Assembly: GCA_046756565.1 (NCBI GenBank)
Contig: JBHHWO010000002.1
Coordinates: forward strand, 1,141 to 65,140
Length of the DNA stretch: 64,000 nt
Direction of reading: 5' to 3'
Source of the DNA: Thermoanaerobaculia bacterium
GTDB taxonomy: Bacteria > Acidobacteriota > Thermoanaerobaculia > Multivoradales > JAHEKO01
A program made the position numbers and the translations under genes. Shown here piece after piece: positions 62,920 to 64,000 of the stretch (position 1 is the stretch's first letter; each line of letters starts with the position of its first letter). The notes below the pieces were generated by a model that had not been told where the DNA came from, did not search any database, and saw only the letters and a program-made list of their open reading frames with translations.

Positions 62920-64000
62920 TCAGGCGTAGTCGAAGAGCGGCGGGAAGAGGAGGACCACCAGCCAGGCCCACACCAAATAGACCGGGATGTAGACGGTCTG
63001 CCATCGCTCCAGCGCCGTGAAGGTGCCGCGGCCGCGCACGAACCTCCAATAGAGCCAGGACGACCAGCCGAGGTTGGCCAGCAGGATGATGTTCTCTCCC
63101 AGCGCCGCCACCTTGTTGGCACTGAAGCCGAACTCGGAGATCCGCGCTGCGATCGCCAGGAGTGCGAGCGCGTCGACGACCAGGGCGGCGACCACCAGCA
63201 CCAGCTGCAGGACGTCGAAGCCACCAGCCGGAGCCCTGGGATCGCGGGCGGAAAGCGCGTAGAGCAGCAAGCCGAGGACCAGCACCAGCAGCAGATCGAA
63301 GCCGATGAGAAGTTCCCGCTCGACGTCGAGGCCACTGCCGGTCACCGCCATGGTCCCCAGGAAGCCCAACAGCAGCACAGCGAACAGCGGCGTGAACAGC
63401 CGTGTCAGCACCGGCGCCATGTTCTCGACCACGCTCTGCTTGGCCTCGACCAGCCATCCGGCGATGATCACCGCGCCCATCGCACCGCAGGGGACCACCC
63501 AGTTCTCCAGCAACCGCTCGGCGTCAAGGCCGATAGCGCTAAAGAGCAGCATCGTAAACAGCATGAAGACCCCGCCGCCCAGCGCGATGAGCACGTAGTA
63601 GATGAACCACTCGCCCGAGAAGCGCACGAAGTCCATACGTCGGGAGTGATTGCGCCAATCACCGCCGGCGTAGGCAAAGCCAACCGCCAGCCAGAGAGCG
63701 ATCGGCAGATGCAGGGCCGTCAGCACCTGTGTGGCGCCGCCGTCGATCACAAACGGGAAAACGTTAGCGAAGACGGCTCCGACGACGAAGGGCAGGGGCA
63801 GCCAGCGCCACAGAGCCGCGCTGAGTCGCCGCTTCCAGGCGAAGTAGCCGGCGAGGAAGGGTAAGGCGAAGAGGCTCAGATTGCGGCCATAGAACGAGGC
63901 GCTCGCGTCGCCGTCGAACCCGATGCCGAACAGCGCTGGTACCTTGATCGCCAGCGCCGCGGCGATCGCCAGGCCGACTGCCACCAGGAACTCTCTACGT
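62920..64000 (-). CDS. Polytopic membrane protein (DUF4153-like), N-terminus beyond right edge
   Basis: Open to the window edge. About 10 hydrophobic helices. The family call is from memory only. Confidence 0.55.
   Translation of the reverse strand, partial: RREFLVAVGLAIAAALAIKVPALFGIGFDGDASASFYGRNLSLFALPFLAGYFAWKRRLSAALWRWLPLPFVVGAVFANVFPFVIDGGATQVLTALHLPIALWLAVGFAYAGGDWRNHSRRMDFVRFSGEWFIYYVLIALGGGVFMLFTMLLFSAIGLDAERLLENWVVPCGAMGAVIIAGWLVEAKQSVVENMAPVLTRLFTPLFAVLLLGFLGTMAVTGSGLDVERELLIGFDLLLVLVLGLLLYALSARDPRAPAGGFDVLQLVLVVAALVVDALALLAIAARISEFGFSANKVAALGENIILLANLGWSSWLYWRFVRGRGTFTALERWQTVYIPVYLVWAWLVVLLFPPLFDYA

Noticed and set aside
62806-63864. 352-aa plus-strand ORF opposite the polytopic membrane protein
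   Set aside because: Highly charged low-complexity translation (runs of Q/E/R/D/H). The minus-strand product shows about 10 clean hydrophobic helices.

Overview
Visibly GC-rich bacterial chromosomal window (roughly two-thirds G+C by eye, not computed), with about 45 protein-coding genes. I saw no rRNA, tRNA, CRISPR array, transposase or integrase. All domain calls come from reading the ORF-track translations for motifs; no HMM or BLAST was run. Many long shadow ORFs lie antisense to real genes, as expected at this GC.

Layout:
- 1-6.1 kb: a TetR fragment, a DUF418-like membrane protein, a Hanks kinase fused to FGE-sulfatase-like and alpha/beta-hydrolase domains, a TonB-dependent-receptor C-terminal remnant, and an Rrf2 regulator.
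- 6.1-16.3 kb (+): eight translationally coupled genes behind a perfect sigma-54 -24/-12 element. They encode CRTAC1/ASPIC-UnbV, a propeller with CxxCH, a YVTN propeller fused to a di-haem peroxidase, Reg_prop, a RidA-like protein, two orphan LivK-like binding proteins and a DAHP synthase.
- 16.3-35.4 kb (-): a converging gene train with a second perfect sigma-54 element. It encodes two NHL propellers, tetra-, octa- and 14-haem cytochromes c, a ~690-aa OM beta-barrel with a C-terminal NTF2-like domain, two cupredoxin-like paralogues, a 2x[4Fe-4S] ferredoxin and a second CRTAC1, plus a Cys-rich-PAS histidine kinase and an NtrC-type sigma-54 activator.
- 35.4-47.4 kb: a Crp/Fnr regulator, a strictosidine-synthase-like protein, and two Hanks kinases with TPR tails. 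An ECF sigma (kinase-linked type) sits divergent from two secreted tail-fibre-like proteins. Both of those genes are preceded by the same bipartite motif, and one copy carries a decayed 5' fragment of the sigma gene.
- 47.4-58.3 kb: a catabolic cluster (HMG-CoA-lyase-like, VOC, isochorismatase-like, family III CoA-transferase, TonB receptor, hydantoinase A/B, GntR).
- 58.3-64 kb: an SGNH-like gene of lower GC, korAB, and a partial polytopic membrane protein.

The best candidate for an undescribed system is the 6.1-35.4 kb pair of convergent sigma-54 operons. Together they carry about 30 haem-binding motifs, seven beta-propeller or FG-GAP proteins, two blue-copper-like proteins and an OM barrel.
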